Shown here one piece after another: positions 36,271 through 50,941 of a DNA stretch of 64,000 bases. This stretch comes from Azolla caroliniana (Eukaryota > Plantae > Polypodiophyta), in the NCBI GenBank assembly GCA_043228905.1, contig JBHGNT010000002.1:15190001-15254000 (forward strand), written 5' to 3'. The notes under the pieces were generated by a model. The model ran no database searches. It worked only from the letters and a program-made list of their open reading frames with translations, and was not told the DNA's origin. Both the position numbers and the translations under genes were made by a program. Numbering within the stretch: position 1 is the first letter of the stretch; the number at the start of each line of letters is the position of its first letter.

Positions 36271-38930
36271 ACCTATCGCGAGCAAAACACGGACGGTCGT
36301 CATCTTCGCGACAAGCGCAAAGGTCTCATCATAGTCCACGTCGTGCTTCTGCGCGTAGCCTTTCACTACTAAACGGGCCTTGCATCGGTTGACCGATGTC
36401 GTGTGGTTTTTCACACACGATATGAAAACTAGTATAATAATTATTTACGATTAGCTTAATATATGGATATGGAAAGATAGATGTGTTCAAGAGCTTCATA
36501 GCGTATTTTACTACGCATAAAACGGATAAACAAGTATCAAGTTATGTGAGTGTGAAGTTTGAGGAAAAGAAAAGAAAAGACAAAACTGTGGGATATCCCA
36601 CATAGATAGGACAACATTGGAACCCAAGATATATAAGGGAAACCAAAACATATACTCTATCAATGTGTGGAGCGTAGAGTGTTCAAGGTGACTTGGGCTA
36701 CATTATGTGGTGTGCATGCTTTTGGCATATGCGTGCATGCAAGAAACGCTTCGAGCGTACGCGCGTGTGCATGGTTGCGTGGACGTTTTTGGATGTATGC
36801 GCGCATGGACGTCTTCCGATGTACGCGTGTGTGCAAGTTTCGGGCGTACGCATGGACGTTTCGGACAGACGCGTGTGTGTGCACGCGCGCATGCTTGGAT
36901 GCGTACACTACGGCGCGGTCGGGACGCGCGCATGCGTGGATGCGTACACTACTACGCGGTCGAGAGTTTTGCGCGCGGACGCGTCTACAATTTGGTTGCG
37001 ACGCACGTACGGATTGCGCACGGGCTAAACTTTATGGATGATTGTGTCATTTGGCCGAATTATACGGACAATTACATGCAACCAAAAGCCAAGGCCATGC
37101 AACTAAAAGTAAAAGGCATGCATCTAAAAATGGAAGCATGCAACTAAAAGGAGAGGCCATGCAACTAAAAATAGAGGCCATCCAACTAAAAGTGGGGATG
37201 CAAAGTAACATTGGGGAGGAGGATCAACGAGGAGCTCGATATAAATCCCATTTTCTCCCTCTTAGCTTTTTTTTTTTTTTCTTCCCTTCTTTCTTCTTCC
37301 CTCTCGGAGTCGAGAAGAAAATTATCTCACATATTGATATCAAACTCCTAGCTTTGTTTACTTGATCTTTCTTGTCAAAAATTATCTCTGGTATTCATAT
37401 CGGACCACTCCTTGCATGGTTGTTGGCTCCTTTCTTTGAAAAACTAATCTCTCATTTCAATACCCAACCCATTGTAACACGATTCTGAAATTATAAAGAA
37501 TTGATTTTCTTTTGCAATAAACGAATGATTTGTCTCTCCCTCTTGTCTCATGCTTAAAACTTGCTTGTGTTGTTCATGTTGCTCTAAATCCTTCTAGTCC
37601 AGAACCCCGGCGGTTCCGTCTCACGATCCGCACATAGTGACGGATTTTCACGACATAATTAAGTGGTTTCCATATCCATATATTAAGCTAATCGTAAATA
37701 ATTATTTTACTAGTTTTCATATCGTGTGTGAAAAACCACACGACACCGAGTTGTCAAGGTTGTATTGAACCTTGTACACCCAGTTACATCTTATTGGCTT
37801 CACACCTTTCGGTGCGTCAACCAAGTCCCAGGTTTCATTTTCCGTCAATTCGCGCATCTCTTCCTCCATTGCAGCTTGCTAGTTCGCGTCTTTCGCCGCT
37901 TCTACGTAGCTCTCCAGCTCACGCACTTCCGCCACTCGCATCATGTACGCGTAATGGTGCACCATGTACTCATTATACCCGTATCTCTTTACGGGGTTCT
38001 TGAGGCGGGTAGATCGGCGTAATTCGTGATTACCCGATTTCACGACCTTTTCGGCTACCGTCGACCTCTTTTGTGGAAGTTCCTTTTCAGTTTGCCCGTA
38101 GTCAGACTCACTCCGATCTGACTCGACGCTACCGAAGTCGTATTCCGGCATTTTCTTCTTGCCTTTTTCCTTGCGCGTAAGCCGTCTCCTCGGCTTCCTG
38201 CGCGGGGAATGCACGACCGAGTCTCCACTACTCGTCGTCTCATCATCTGGTTGGCCATCTCGGCCCAACCCCTCATTCGGCCCGCTTAGCCGAAGTGAGA
38301 TCGGACTCTCTCTTAGAGCTCCGACGTCCTCATCATGCAGAGAAATTTCAGCCTTGCTGATTTCTTCTTCAGAAATCGGAATGGAGTCATGAGGTTTTGG
38401 AGGAGAAGACAGTTACCACGAAGCAGACTCGTCGAACACAACGTCACGACTTATGCGTACTTCCTTTGTTCGAGGGTTATAACACTTATACCCTTTCTCA
38501 GCTTTAGCATCCAGTTTCCTCCGTTTCTCCTTCGGCACGTGCACATACGTGATGCTGCCGAATCCTCAAGTGAGCCAAATTCGGCTTCTCCCTGAAATAC
38601 AGCTCATGTGGCGACACTCCTCCATTAGCAGAAGTCTGATTTTGCAGGTAGACAGCCGTCTTTAGGGCTTCGGCCCAATAGAATTTCGGCATATGCTTCT
38701 CTTCAAGCATTGCCCTGACCGCTTCTTCAATCGTCCGATTCTTCCGCTCGGCTACGCCGTTTTGCTCCGGCGTATATCTACACTAGAATTCGCGTCAAAT
38801 CCCCTCCTTCTGTACATAACTTGTGAACTGGTCGGAGAAGTACTCCTTCCTGCCATCGGACCATAGGCATTTGATCTTACGCCCCGTTTCCCTTTCCGCA
38901 AGGCTCTTCACCTTCAGGAAACATGTGAAG
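36271..38930 (-). mobile_element. Degenerate Ty1/copia integrase-RT remnant, interrupted by the fold-back LTR
   Basis: MPKFYWAEALKTAVYL, WVYKV, CKARLVVKGYAQ..DYDETFA. Confidence 0.85.
36397..37745 (+). mobile_element. Solo LTR (36397-37655) plus inverted copy of its first 79 bp; 4-bp TSD
   Basis: TGTCGTG...CACGACA; inverted arms 36397-36475 and 37667-37745 (1 mismatch); TSD CCGA; host copia frame DNSVNRC restored on removal. Confidence 0.85.
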
Positions 38931-38939
38931 ACTCGATCT

Positions 38940-39577
38940 TACACCTTGCATGGTGTCTTAAAGATATTTGGTCCAAAAGCCTAATAGTATTTTGTGAATA
39001 AAAGAAAACGATGTAAGCAAGACTCGAACTTAACACCTCTAAGATATGAAGCAATAAGCTTACCATTAAGCCAAACCATTTCTTTAAAGATTATATTTTT
39101 ATCATTATAACTTTACATGTAAATTCTCATACATGAGAGCTAAAATGAGTGACGTGGTGGTTATCATGCACCACATGTAATACATGAGCGCCAAATGGCA
39201 AACATGCATTTTATGCATGTCTTGTACCCTCAAATGCATGAGGGGATCTATAAAAGAGGAGGGGAAAAAGATGAAAAAGGGGTAATGTAAAATTTTTGGG
39301 AATCTAAAATTCTTATCAAGAGCTTTGTACTTTACATCAAAATTAATATTAAGAAGAAAATTTGTGATGATATACCTTGTTCTTCAAATCTAAAGTCAAG
39401 AGTTCAATCTTAATCTCTCTCTCAATCTAAAATCAAACGTTCTATTTTATCTCAATCTCTCTGTCAAACTATCTTTAATCCTTTCTCGCTAAAGTTAGTG
39501 CATACTTCGAATCCTTTCTGTCTAGAACCCCGACGGTTCTGCCTCGTGATCCGCACGTAGTGACAGATCTTCACGAC
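38940..39577 (+). repeat. Partial LTR related to the 36397-37655 LTR
   Basis: 3' end AGAACCCCG.CGGTTC..GATCCGCAC.TAGTGAC.GAT.TTCACGACA shared; CTATAAAAG near 39248; left boundary uncertain. Confidence 0.55.
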
Positions 39578-41576
39578 AACATAACGTTCATCAACGACTT
39601 TCTCCAGACATAACTAGATCTACTGTATGTGGCAGAAGAGCGAAGTGTTCGGAAACTTCCAAAAGATCAAAAATGAAGTCGAAAAGGCAAAAAGTGGGCA
39701 TGTCCAATGCCTTCGATTGGCTGGCGACAAGGAATATTTCTCCAACGCGTTTACAACATATCTACAAGAAGAAGGAATTTGATGGGAGTTTACTTGCAGA
39801 CACACACCTCAGTAGAATCGAGTAGCTGAACGCAAGAACCGGCACATACTTGAGGTGGCAAGGGAAATGATGAACTAGAAACATTTGCCAAGGTCATAGT
39901 GGGATAAAGCGGTGAATGCGGTCGCCGTCTATTTGATGAATCACTGCACAACATCAGGAGTGCAGAATGTTACCCCCCTACGAAAAGTTCTATGGGAAGA
40001 AACCAGATCTATCCCACGTCATGATATTTGGTTCAATGGCATATGTACATATTCCCGATGAGAAGCAGCAGAAGCTCGATCCCAAGTCGAAGAAATGCAT
40101 ACTTGTAGGGTACTCACTTGAGCAAAAAGGTTATAACTGCTTCAACCCTTCCACCAAGAAGGTACGAGTGAGTAGGGATATAATATTTGATGAGTCAGCA
40201 TCCTGGTATACAATCGAATCAGCTCCATTTGACACAGTCGAGACTAAGTTCGACACACAGAAGCAGAGGAGGATGATCGACTGAGGCCCACATAAGATGA
40301 AAGTCCAATCTCAACCAGGTTGAGTGGATCACAAGAGCCTCCAAGCGGCCAAAGCACATCACACCGTAGTCCGAAATAAGACAAAGGAAAGGCCAAAATA
40401 CCTAAGTAAGAAGACTCAAATGGAAACGAATCGGGCCACTCACCCGATAGTGAGCATGGTGGACTAGATGTGCCCATCATGAGGACACGAGGGAAACCAC
40501 AGTGTCGTGAAGATAACGCTTCATGATGTCGGAACAATGTTAAAAGTCTATAGAAAGGAATTTCCCATCTGGAGCTTGTCACGAGGAGCATGTACGATTT
40601 TTCGCTTCATGAATCGAAGTTTAGAAGTCCAAGATATAGCCTTCCCAATGATTAATGCTACTCGAGACACAAACGTAATTATGTCAAAAGGGAGATTCGA
40701 AATTAAATAAGAGCGATTTTGTAATTTCTCAAATGTACAATTACAAAATCGAATTTGCAAAATTTATTAATAAATAAATAAAATAATAAATAAATCTAAA
40801 ATAAAAAATCAAAATAAAATAAATAATAAATATATAACCGCCCCTACATGAGGAGGTTTGTCAACTGCCTCAAGAGGGTGGTTGGGCGATTGATCCCCCT
40901 ATAAAAGCCACCACCATGGGGAACGGGAGAAAGAGAAGGGGAAGGAAGAAGAAAAAGAGAGTGAAGAAGCTCGCGTGGGTGTGGGATGCAGAGTTCGCCC
41001 AAGAAGATAGTGACTTGCATAAACCAAGACAAAAGTTAAAGAAAAGAAAGAAAAAGTAAGAAAAGGAAGAAGTTGAAGTGGTGTATCTCAAATGCCTCTT
41101 CACAAACAAAAGGCAGTGACTTTGAATCCTCTCAAAGCAACTTCTGATGCCGATTGAGCCGGCTATAGAGCCGATCGACATCCGGATTTTTTTTCTCTCT
41201 CGACGGCGGTGCGATATCATGGAGTAGTAAGAAACAAGCAACAGTCGCACTGTCGAGCACCGAAGCCGAGTACAGGGGTGTGGTTGTAGCCGCAAGTGAA
41301 CCTTTTTGGCTCAAGTCAATATTGAAGGACCTAGGCGTTCCCATCAAGGATCTGATTCTCCTCTATTGCGACAATATGAGTAGCATTCACCTAGCTCGGA
41401 ACGCCATCCTCGACACTCGAACCAAACACATTTAAGTACACTATCACTTCATCCGAGAGCATGTTTTGGCAAGAGATGTCGACTTGCCACACATCAACAC
41501 GAATCTGCTCGTGGCCAACAACTTTACCAAGGCCTTAGGTCTTTCGACCGTTGACCAACCGAGCTTGAGGGGGAGC
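39578..41576 (+). mobile_element. Degenerate Ty1/copia remnant (integrase, RNaseH, PPT) with a probable internal insertion at ~40503-41135
   Basis: KLDPKSKKCILVGYS..KGY at 39967..40284; SWSSKKQATVALSSTEAEY near 41220; GAGCTTGAGGGGGAG at 41561. Confidence 0.75.
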
Positions 41577-41820
41577 AGGAATCTTGAACAAGAATCACAA
41601 AGATCGAACCGAGCCAACTTTGATTCGACACCAGAGGTAAGTACACCTCCCGAGCTTTCAAACAGTACCTATCCGACAAAGGGATCAGACATCGAAAGAC
41701 CGCTCCATACACACCCATGCAGAATGGAGAGTGGCACAATGGATGAACTGAAAAATCCAAGAGAGGGTGACGGAAATGCTCTAATAAGCCGAACTAAAGC
41801 TAGAGTTCTGGGCCGAAGCA

Positions 41821-42780
41821 TTGCAGACGGCGGTATATCTGATCAACCTGTCGCTGTTAGAAGCAATCAGGCTCGAACTGCCACAGGCACTATGGTCGGG
41901 AGTAAAGGAGAAAAGGAGTAAGTTGGCACCCCATGCAACGAAATGCATATTTCTTGGTTATGGAACCAATGGGGAATTCGGCTACAGACTGTGGGACCTA
42001 GAGAACCGAACATTGATCTGTAGTACTGACGTAGTCTTCAATGAAAACTCTATCCTCTCTAAGCAGAGCCAACAGAAAATAGTTGGTAAAAAGGTATCCT
42101 TTGAAATCAATAGAGATGGCGTAGAAGGACCGTACCACTAGGCCGAATCGGAGATTCGACAACTAGTTGAACTTGAAGACAAAGCCATCAAAGGCAAAGC
42201 CGAAGCGACAAGAATAAAAAAAGGCAAAGTCGACAAGGTACAAGTCAGAATCGATAGAGTTCGACCCGACTAAAAACACCCAAGGCTAAGTCCCCTACCT
42301 CGAATTCAATCAATCCCGAGCAAGGGGAGGATGAAATGACATCGCTGAACTCCTATTCCAAGGGCAAGTCATACAATAGGACTCTTGACATAAGTGGTTC
42401 AACAAATATTGATCGACCGACAGAGCCGATCGAAGGATCCGAACCGATCACTTCGGCACCCAGGATATTTGGAGAAGTTCGAAGGCTTACAGAGTTCTAT
42501 CAACTAGACCTCAACTACGTCAACTACACCCATGCAAGCGAACCAAGCACATACGAAGAAGCTATAGCCGCATCGGACGCTGATACATGGCTACAAGCTA
42601 TGCAATCTGAGTTGGACTCGATACGACACAATCAAACATGGGAGTTGGTCGAACTACCAGCAGGAAGGAAGCCACTACCTTGCAAATTGGTCTTCCAGGG
42701 ACAAATATGTATCGGACTCTGAGAAACCCAAATACAAAGCTCCGCTTGTTGCGAAAGGATTCAAACAAAAACACAGGGTC
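41821..42780 (+). mobile_element. Ty1/copia remnant, duplicate of 897-1815
   Basis: ORFs 41821..42141 and 42336..42722 nearly identical to the unit 1 ORFs. Confidence 0.85.
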
Positions 42781-43052
42781 AAAAAGTGGCAAGGCCACGG
42801 GGTTCTTGGACTAAGGAGCCGGTGAGAGTAGGAAAGTTCTTCGGATCGGTAAGAAGATGAGCACACGGACTCCCTCGCTCATACACACAACACGACAGGA
42901 ATACACCGAAGACAAGACACGAGAAATCCAAAACACATGGAGAGACTCAACGAATTAACGATGAAAAGAAGAAACGGGAAGAGATTCCAACTGGCCGTGG
43001 CCGGCCAAAGAGCTTCGAGCTGACTATAAACACACACAGACACTAACTATAA

Positions 43053-44457
43053 ACACCCAGTCACCTTGCTCGATCTTCTTTGGCCAAAACCTGTGTGTCC
43101 GGTCGAACCGGCCCTTGTTCTTCTTCCGCGCCGCCTCCAGATTTGCCTTTGCTCGTTCCACATCCTCCGGCCTTTGCTCGAGTTGCCGAATCGTTGCCTA
43201 GTCGACCGCCGTCCAGATGAGGAATCTCGTGCCGGCCTTGTCGTCATGATTTATCACCCATCCGATTCTGGCCGGGCTCGTGTCCACCGTCATGAAAACC
43301 AGAGTGCCCTTCTTGTACGCCACTTTCTGGAGAGCCGGTGCCGCCGTTAGCTTTTCCTTCAGTCTTCGAATCGCCTCCATGTGCTCGTTGTTCCATTTGA
43401 ATTTCCGACCTTTCTTTAGCAAGCCATAGAGCGGCTCGACAATATGTGCGTAGTGCAGAATCCAAATGTGGTAGAAGGTGCACGTCCCTAGGAACCGTTG
43501 GACTTCTGTGACCAACCGATACTCTTCCTTCATCGCCGAGAAGGCCTCTACCTTCGGCGGAGACAGTCTCTAGCCATATGGCCCGCATAGGTCATTGACT
43601 ACTAGGATCTCTGATTGTCTGAAAGCCCACTTCTGCCCGGAGAAGGTAAGTCGAGCGCCCTCAAGGCTCTCCAATATCTTCTCGCAGTCGGAGATGTGGT
43701 CGACGAAAAATCCCAGGCATCCGTCCGCCACGATCGACTCATCTTTCGCATCCTCCGAGCATCCCTTGATTGGGATGTCATCCATAAATGGCAGGGTGAT
43801 GTTCGGGATGCATTCCGGCTATAGTAGAACCTCCATTTCCAGAGAGCCAAAATTTCCTACTTATGGTACATGTGTGGGGTTTCCTCCGGTTTTCCGGACT
43901 ATCGTGGCCCCATGCCTTGATAGTGCTCTTTAAAGATCCTCTCAGCTCTCGCCGCCGAGAGAATCTCGGTTTTGTTCATGATTCGGCCTTATTGTTAAGA
44001 AGTGGATGGAGTTCTTACCGTCCTAACTCTTTACCCTCAAATATGTCAAACCATTGTCCAACGCCTTCATTTCCATCCAATCCATCGTAATGTAAGGTTC
44101 GCCAAGAATTACCGGGTGGAAGCATGTCTCCTACACGAAGAAATGTTGGTCTATTTCGACGTCACCGACCTTCACCTTGATGTTCGGGCACAGACCATGA
44201 ACCTCTTCGGTAGCGCGGGTTATCGTGCGTATCTTCCAAGCATGCTTCGTGTTGATCGGCCACTTCCCCTTTTTATAGAAGTCCATCGACATTAGATTGA
44301 TTTCCGATCCGTGGTCGATCAACACCACCACCGGCTCCTTCACATCCCCGATCTGGACTAGGGTCTCTGTCGTCACTCTGGCCCAGTGTAGGATCATATA
44401 GTGGCTATCTGGAAACTCCTCATCCGTCGCCACCTGTTCGATGTGGGCCACATTCAC
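43053..44457 (-). mobile_element. Gx Ty3/gypsy PR-RT-RH remnant, duplicate with a ~1.6 kb deletion at ~43816
   Basis: Matches 2090-2878 joined to ~4513-5153. Confidence 0.85.
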
Positions 44458-44917
44458 TGTTGTCCATGGGACAAAAAGAGCACTAGTTGCACCAGTTGCA
44501 AACCGAGCACACCGCCGCCAGAGAACAACATCAGGATGCTTGGCGACAGGACAAGGATGAAACTGTAGCTCAGCTCACCACACGCGATGAGCAAACAATC
44601 ACGCTCATCACCGAAAAAGCGAAAGATAATCAAGCTACTTTAGCACTCCTTGTCCGCAAAAGCCAAGCAGAAGCCAAGGCCGCACAGGAGGCAATGGAAG
44701 TTCACCGCGCTAGCATTGGCATGGACGATACTAAAATCAACATCCTAATCAACAAGTATCGCCAGCAATTCACCACAAAGATCAAAGACACCGTTGACCG
44801 TGTTTGGCAGGGGTGGTCAGCCCAAGCTGTGGACCTACACATACTACACGCAGATGCCGAGAACCGACGGAAGGAGGGCCAAGGGTTTTACAAGATGGAT
44901 GACACTAGCATCCAGAC

Positions 44918-47900
44918 TGTTGAGAAGCAAGCTCAACATGGTATGTGATGCTTATTGGGAAATAAGCTATAGTAGCTATTTAGCTACTTCTGAACATAAA
45001 GTAGAAACAGCTAATTAGCTAGTAGCAGCTAATTAGCTACTGACAGCTATTTAGCGACTGACAACTAATTAGCTAATGACAACTATTTAGCGACTGACAG
45101 CTAATTAGCTACTGACAGCTATTTAGCGATTGACAGCTAATTAGCTGCATACGTAAGTAACTTATTACTTAGGTAGAAAGTAAGAGAGTAGCTAAGTAAG
45201 AAATACAGGAAGTAGAACTCTGAGAGAGAGAGTGAGGAAAGAGAGGAAGAACTCAGAGAGTGAGAGAAAAAGAGAAAAACAGATGAGAGCAAGTAGAGCT
45301 CCACGTGTAATGAAATAGAAGAAGTTTTGGTTGCTACAGAGGTAAGTCTCCTTCCCTCTTCCCTTCTGTGTTTGAGCACTAAACGATCTAGCACACCACG
45401 ATCCGCCGCGCACATAAGAAGAGCCCGAGTGCCTTCTTCACGTTTTCTTAACATGGTATCAGAGCGGAGTTGCTCATAAAGAAGAGTATAGAAGTGCATA
45501 GATCTGAGAAAGGTATTTCTATGTTTGCTTATCTGAATCAGAAAGGTACTTGCTGAAGTAATCGTAGCAGAAACCCTAGTTTGGAAGAGATAATGGCTGC
45601 AGAGAATGCGGGCCAAATAGTTACAGAGAAACTAGATAAAAACAATTTCCCGGCGTGGAAATTTAGAATGACAAATTTCCTAATGGGGAAAGGATACTAG
45701 GATTACATTGAAGGAGACCTAGACGAGGCTCCGGAGATCCCAGAAGAAAATGTCACAGCAACACAGATTAAAGCATTCAAAGACTGGAATCAAGGGGCAA
45801 GGAAGGTAATTCATTGGCTCTCACTTAGCATCTCAAATTCGATGCTTGGGCACATACAGGATGTTATGCTCCCAAAAGAAGCTTGGGACAATTTGGTAAA
45901 ACTGTTTGCAGTAAACACAAAAGCTAGAAAGCTACAGTTGAAGACTAAGCTAAATACCTTAGAAAAAGGTAAGATGTCAATAAATGAGTATGCCTTGAAA
46001 ATAAAGAGCATATGTGAATCACTTGCTTCTATCAATGTAAAGATAGAAGATGATGATAAGGTAGAAATATGCTTGAGAGGCTTAGGACCTCAATACAAAA
46101 GCTTTAAAACCTCTATGCTTACAAGGGATAGTATCCCAAGCTTTCCAGATCTGGTCCCAATGCTTGTAGTAGAAGAAAGGAATGAGATGGATGATGTAAA
46201 TAAAGGAAATCTTGAGAATGAGGGGCAAGCCCTATATAATAGTGTTGGAAGAGGCCGAGGAAGAGGCCATGGAAGATTTGGCTCAGCAAGAACCAACAAT
46301 AATGGTTATCAAGGAAGAGGACAACAAACCATTAGAGGAAGAAACAACAACAGAGTGAGGGGGAGCAACCGAGGTAGAGGTAAGCAAACATATGTAAATG
46401 ATGATGGTTGTTGGTATTGTGGAAAACCAGGCCACACACAGGCTGAATGTTACAAGAAGCAAAATGATGAGCAAAGAGGAAAGAGACAGCAGAATAACTA
46501 TGCCCAAACTAGTGAAGATTGTGAAAAAGATGGTGCATTTGTGGTACAACATGAGATAGCAGCAGTGGCTGAAAGCTCACAGAAATGTAATGAAGAGTTT
46601 ACATGGTATGTAGACTCGGAGGCATCTAATCATATGACTGGACATGCAAACTGGTTTGAAAGGTTAAGAGAACTAGAGATTCCTGGCTATGTACAGACGG
46701 GTGATAATAGTACACACCAAATAGAACATGTTGGAGATATCCCATTGTGGGAAGAAAAAGTAAAGACTAAGTATATGTTGAATGTAATGCATGTTCCAAA
46801 TCTTGCTAAGAATCTTATTTCTATTGGACAGATAGTAGAGCAAGGTATGCAAGTAAAGTTTAAGCAAAGTGGATGCTATATAGAAAAAAATGGGAAGCTC
46901 ATTGCAAAAGGAAAACGACAAGGAAGAATGTTTATTTTGGATGTTGACATGCCTAGACAGATTTCAACTATGTTTGCAAATGGAATGAGTGTAGTCTCAG
47001 ATGTGGAAATGTGGCATAAAAGGATTGGCCACATAAGTATGCAAACCCTAAAGAATATGTTGAGAAAAGATGCAGTGGCTGGACTGCCAAAACTGAAAAA
47101 TTGTGAAATGGGAAAGATATGTGAAGCATGTCAATATGGAAAGCAAAATAGGTTGCCATTCCCTCATGAAAGACATGTAAGTAAAAATTTGTTGGATTTG
47201 GTACATACGGATGTATGGGGACCGACTAATAATGCATCTATCGGTGGCTGCAGATTTTATGTAACTTTTATTGATGATTGCTCAAGGAAAACATGGGTGT
47301 ATTTCATGAAAGAGAAAAGTGAAGTGTTTGAATGTTTTCGTAAGTTTAAATGCATGGTAGAAAAGCAGGCAGGTACAAGAATAAAATGTTTAAGATCTGA
47401 TGGAGGAGGAGAGTATTTCTCCAATGAATTTTCTGATTTTCTATGCAATCAAGGAATAAGAAGACAGTTCACATGTAGATATACTCCACAGCAAAATGGA
47501 GTTGTTGAGAGGAAAAACAGAACATTGGTGAACATTGCAAGGGCTTTGATGACAGAGAAGAATATGCAATTGTACTATTGGGCAGAAGTTGTAAATACAG
47601 CAAATTATATTCTAAATAGATGTATAACATCGGGAGTACATGAAGCAACTCTTGAAGAGTGTTTCTATGGAAGGAAACCTAGTTTAGAACACTTAAAAGT
47701 GTTTGGATGCCTTGCATATGTACATGTGCCTGCAGAAGTAAGAAGTAAGCTGGATCCAAAAGCAAAAAAATGTATTTTTGTTGGCTATTCAGAAGAACAA
47801 AAAGGGTATAGATGCTATAACCCTGTAACAAAGAAGATTGTGACAAGTAGGGATGTAATCTTTGATGAGTTAGCAAGCTGGTATAGTCCAAAATAGAATC

Positions 47901-50441
47901 CAGAGACTGATGAAGACAATGAGATTGAAGACAGAGACAAATCTGAAAATGTAGAAGACAGCCACAGAGATGGAAGCAAGGTTGGACAGCAAAGTCCAAC
48001 ATCAACAGAATGTTCTGGACCATCAAAAAGCTCAGATGGTAAATCTGATTCGAATTCTTGGAGTGGAAAAAGTGGAGGACACAAAAAATGTGATAATAAA
48101 AAAGGAAAACAGAAAATGCCAGAGTATGAAATGTTGGATGACTTGTCTAAAAACATGGAAGATGAGGATTTAGATGTGTCATTGGATGATCTTCTTGGTA
48201 TAAGAGGATTGAAAATCCCTGGTATGGAAAAAGCATTGAAGGATGCAAATCATAAACTGAGAAGGTCAAATAGAGAGAAAAAAACTGTTGACAGATTTGG
48301 TTATGATACATATATGGCTATGCATTATGCATATATGTCTAAGGTGGTACAGATCCCTGATCCAAGTAGTTTTGATGAGGCTAAAACTAAGAAGAAATGG
48401 GTGGATGCAATGCAAGAAGAGATTGATGCATTGGCTGAAAACAGAACATGGGATTTGGTGAAGTTACCAAAAGGAAAAAATGTGGTAGGTTGCAAATGGG
48501 TCTACAAGACAAAGCATGATTCCAGTGGGAATGTAAGTAAACATAAAGCAAGTTAGGTTGCAAAGGGATATGCCCAAATGCAAAGAATTGATTATGATGA
48601 GACATTTGCGCCGATTGCAAAGATGGCAACATTGTGGACATTACTGGCTGTAGGTGTAGCTAGAAGATGGTTTCTTCATCATATGGATGTAAAAAATGCC
48701 TTTTTACATGGTAACTTGGAAGAAGAAGTGTATATGTGTCAACCACCAGGTTTTGAAGATAGGAAGCATTCAGATTATGTATGTAAGCTGAAAAAGACTC
48801 TCTATGGATTGAAACAGGCACCAAGAACATGGCATAGAGAACTTTCAGATTATCTGAAAAAACTTGACTTCAAAATGTCAAAGGCTGATTCATCATTGTA
48901 TGTTAAAAGGAAAGATGATTGTATTGTTGTGATTCTGATTTATGTTGATGATCTCATCATTGGAGGTGATTTCATGGATGAGATAAGTAAGCTGAAAAGA
49001 AATTTGGAAATGAAATTTCATACGAAAGATTTGGGAGATCTGAGATATTTTTTGGGTATTGAAATCATCAGATCTGAAAGTGGTATATGTGTGTTGCAAA
49101 GACAATATGCAACAACTATGTTGAAAAAGTATGGTATGCTTGGATGCAAACCTATTGGAGTACCACTAGATAAAAACTGCAAATTGAGGGTTGATTTGGG
49201 AGCCAAAATAGAAGATGTAAACATGTACAGGTCTATGGTGGGCAGCCTTATTTATTTGACCATTACAAGACCTAATTTGCGTTATGCAGTTGGATTAGTC
49301 AGCCAATTTATGCAACAGCCAACAAAGCCGCATTTGGACTGCATTAGAAGAATTCTGAGGTATGTAAAAGCTACTCAGAACTATGGATTGTTTTACAGGG
49401 CTAATTTGGACATAAATCTCGAAGGATATATAGATGTTGATTGGGCTGGAAGCCAAACAGATAGAATATCCACAAGTGGATATATCTTTACATTGGGAAG
49501 TGCAAGTATTTCATGGAGTAGCAAGAAACAGGGTACTATTGCATTGTCTAGTACTAAAGCTGAGTACAGAGGAGCTGCCATAGCTACTTGTGAAGAGCTA
49601 TGGATCAGAAGATTGCTTGCTGATTTGGGAGAGTATATAGACGGTACTATCACAATCTGGTGTGACAACATGAACAACATTCAGCTTGCAAAAAACCCAG
49701 TGTTCCATGCAAGAACAAAGCACATTCAAGTGCATTATCACTTTGTTAGAGAAAAAGTGATTGAAGGAGAAGCTGATCTGGTGTATGTGAATACAAATCA
49801 GTAGGTTGCTGATATTCTCACAAAGGGATTGAGTGTGGAAAAGCATACACACTTTCGGAACATGATGGGAGTTGTAGACACTGATATGATGGCTGAAAAG
49901 CATCATGGAAAAGAAGTTGTAGATAACCCCAAGAAAGGATAAGTTGAGCTTGAGGGGGAGTGTTGAGAAGCAAGATCAACATGGTATGTGATGCTTATTG
50001 GAAAATAAGCTATAGGCTAATTAACTACTGACAGCTATTTAGCGATTGACAGCTAATTAGCTACTGACAGCTATTTAGTGACTGACAGCTAATTAGCTAC
50101 TGACAGCTATTTAGTGACTGATACCTAATTAGCTGCATACGTAAGTAACTTATTACTTAGGTAGAAAGTAAGAGAGTAGGTAAGTAAGAAATACAGGAAG
50201 TAGAACTCTGAGAGAGAGAGTGAGGAAAGAGAGGAAGAACTCAGAGAGTGAGAGAAAAAGAGAAAAACAGACGAGAGCAAGTAGAGCTCCGCGTGTAATG
50301 AAATAGAAGAAGTTTTGGCTGCTACAGAGGTAAGTCTCCTTCCCCCTTCCCTTCTGTGTTTGAGCACTAAACGATCTAGCACACAACGATCCACCGCGCA
50401 CATAAGAAGAGCCCGAGTGCCTTCTTCACGTTTTGTTAACA
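44918..50441 (+). mobile_element. Ty1/copia A2, duplicate of A1 at the same insertion site
   Basis: LTRs 44918-45453 and 49961-50441; TSD CAGAC; PBS-Met; PPT; flanks match A1. Confidence 0.97.
45593..49942 (+). pseudogene. gag-pol: Copia A2 gag-pol pseudogene
   Basis: ORFs 45842..47896, 48116..48556, 48578..49804; shares several stops and the RT frameshift with A1. Confidence 0.93.
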
Positions 50442-50941
50442 CAGACCCTCCGAGAAGACTTAACTGAGGAATATCATACCTTGGTAGCATCCCACACCGC
50501 GGCCATCGAGCAACTGTTAGAGGAATTCAACGACGATCGAATGGTGTTTCGCTTAGAAGCCAAAGCGTACGAGGAGGAACGACTCGCTACCAGGATTAAC
50601 AAAGTTCCCACAACGAACGAGCAAGGACCCGAGCTACCCACTGCGGCAGCTAGATCGGAGGAACCTGCCCCTACAGACCTCCACATCCCACCCGAGCCAT
50701 AGACTACAACCATGACCCTACCTAAATCGGTCCGAACAGAGGAGGGCCCACACGACGACACTGCCATCCCCGAATCGGCAACGAAACCTCCATCATCAAC
50801 CCCACCTTCCAAGCCGCCAAACCAACCCCATGCCCCCGAGGATATCCTTGGCATATTTGAAGAGGAATAAAACAAACCTATAAGCCCTCGTAGGAAGGGG
50901 AAATTTTTGTAATTTGTGTTGTTTTGCGAAATCCTTGTGAA

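Noticed and set aside
36660-37147. Overlapping ORFs on both strands in the CG/TG-rich stretch
   Set aside because: Low-complexity alternating purine-pyrimidine sequence inside an LTR; no protein motifs.
44918-50441. Independent site-specific insertion of copia A twice
   Set aside because: Same TSD, flanks and inactivating mutations show it was copied with the segmental duplication.
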